64,000 nucleotides of DNA from Pelagomonas calceolata (lineage: Eukaryota): the NCBI GenBank assembly GCA_918797485.1, contig CAKKNE010000001.1, positions 3,286,001 through 3,350,000 on the forward strand. The letters are read 5' to 3'. The notes below the pieces were generated by a model. It saw only the letters and a program-made list of their open reading frames with translations. It was not told the origin of the DNA and searched no databases. Shown piece after piece: positions 63,718 through 64,000 of this stretch (positions are counted from its first letter, which is position 1; every line of letters begins with the position of its first letter). The position numbers were made by a program, and so were the translations under genes.

Positions 63718-64000
63718 ATGCTCGTCCTCGTCCTCGTCGCGCCCGCCCTCGCCGGCACGCAGTTCTGGCCGCGGCGCCCTTCACCACTAAAACTGCAGCG
63801 CTTCATCGCGCGGCACGCCACGGCGCGACCGAACGCGCCCGACGTCATCAAGAGCACCGAGCCCGGCCGGGATAATGGGGAGGTGCCCCGCGGCTGCCAC
63901 GCGCGGCGTCTGGAGAGAGTCATACCAGGAGGCGACTACGCGAGAGCGAAGGCCTGCGTATTGGCTTGGGGCGGCGAACCTGACAAGAAGGCGACGTCCT
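63718..64000 (+). CDS. DUF1990-like protein, partial (runs off the window)
   Basis: Manual translation: MLVLVLVAPALAGTQFWPRRPSPLKLQRFI...GGDYARAKACVLAW. Confidence 0.45.
   Translation, partial: MLVLVLVAPALAGTQFWPRRPSPLKLQRFIARHATARPNAPDVIKSTEPGRDNGEVPRGCHARRLERVIPGGDYARAKACVLAWGGEPDKKATS

Overview
Gene-dense, GC-rich eukaryotic nuclear DNA, most consistent with a pelagophyte alga (Pelagomonas/Aureococcus-like). The taxonomic call is inferred from bipartite ASAFAP-type plastid presequences, a fused TrpA-TrpB, short spliceosomal introns and introner-type elements. About 40 protein genes are present. They include CPSF3, MIC60, CysRS, an aldo-keto reductase, UBXN11, Lon, dolichol kinase, Trp synthase, WDR18, a nucleotide-sugar transporter, JmjC, a GH35 beta-galactosidase, NeuB, SPFH, fibrillin, CCB2/4, a WD40-channel fusion, acetyl-CoA synthetase and an LPCAT-like acyltransferase. 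The main discovery is a cryptic 349-codon reading frame (12972-14021, +) that the ORF track splits into pieces. It contains three in-frame TGA codons (an N-terminal UxxU and one juxtamembrane), encodes a SAM domain plus transmembrane helices, ends at TAG, and is immediately followed by a SECIS-like hairpin with an atypical apical loop. This is a candidate novel multi-selenocysteine membrane selenoprotein. Other signals: introner elements with 8-bp TSDs and TIRs in both orientations, a recurrent 24-bp CTAG-bounded motif at (mostly divergent) promoters, several small dispersed or palindromic repeat families, and captured gene fragments. All protein calls come from motif recognition by eye; no searches were run.
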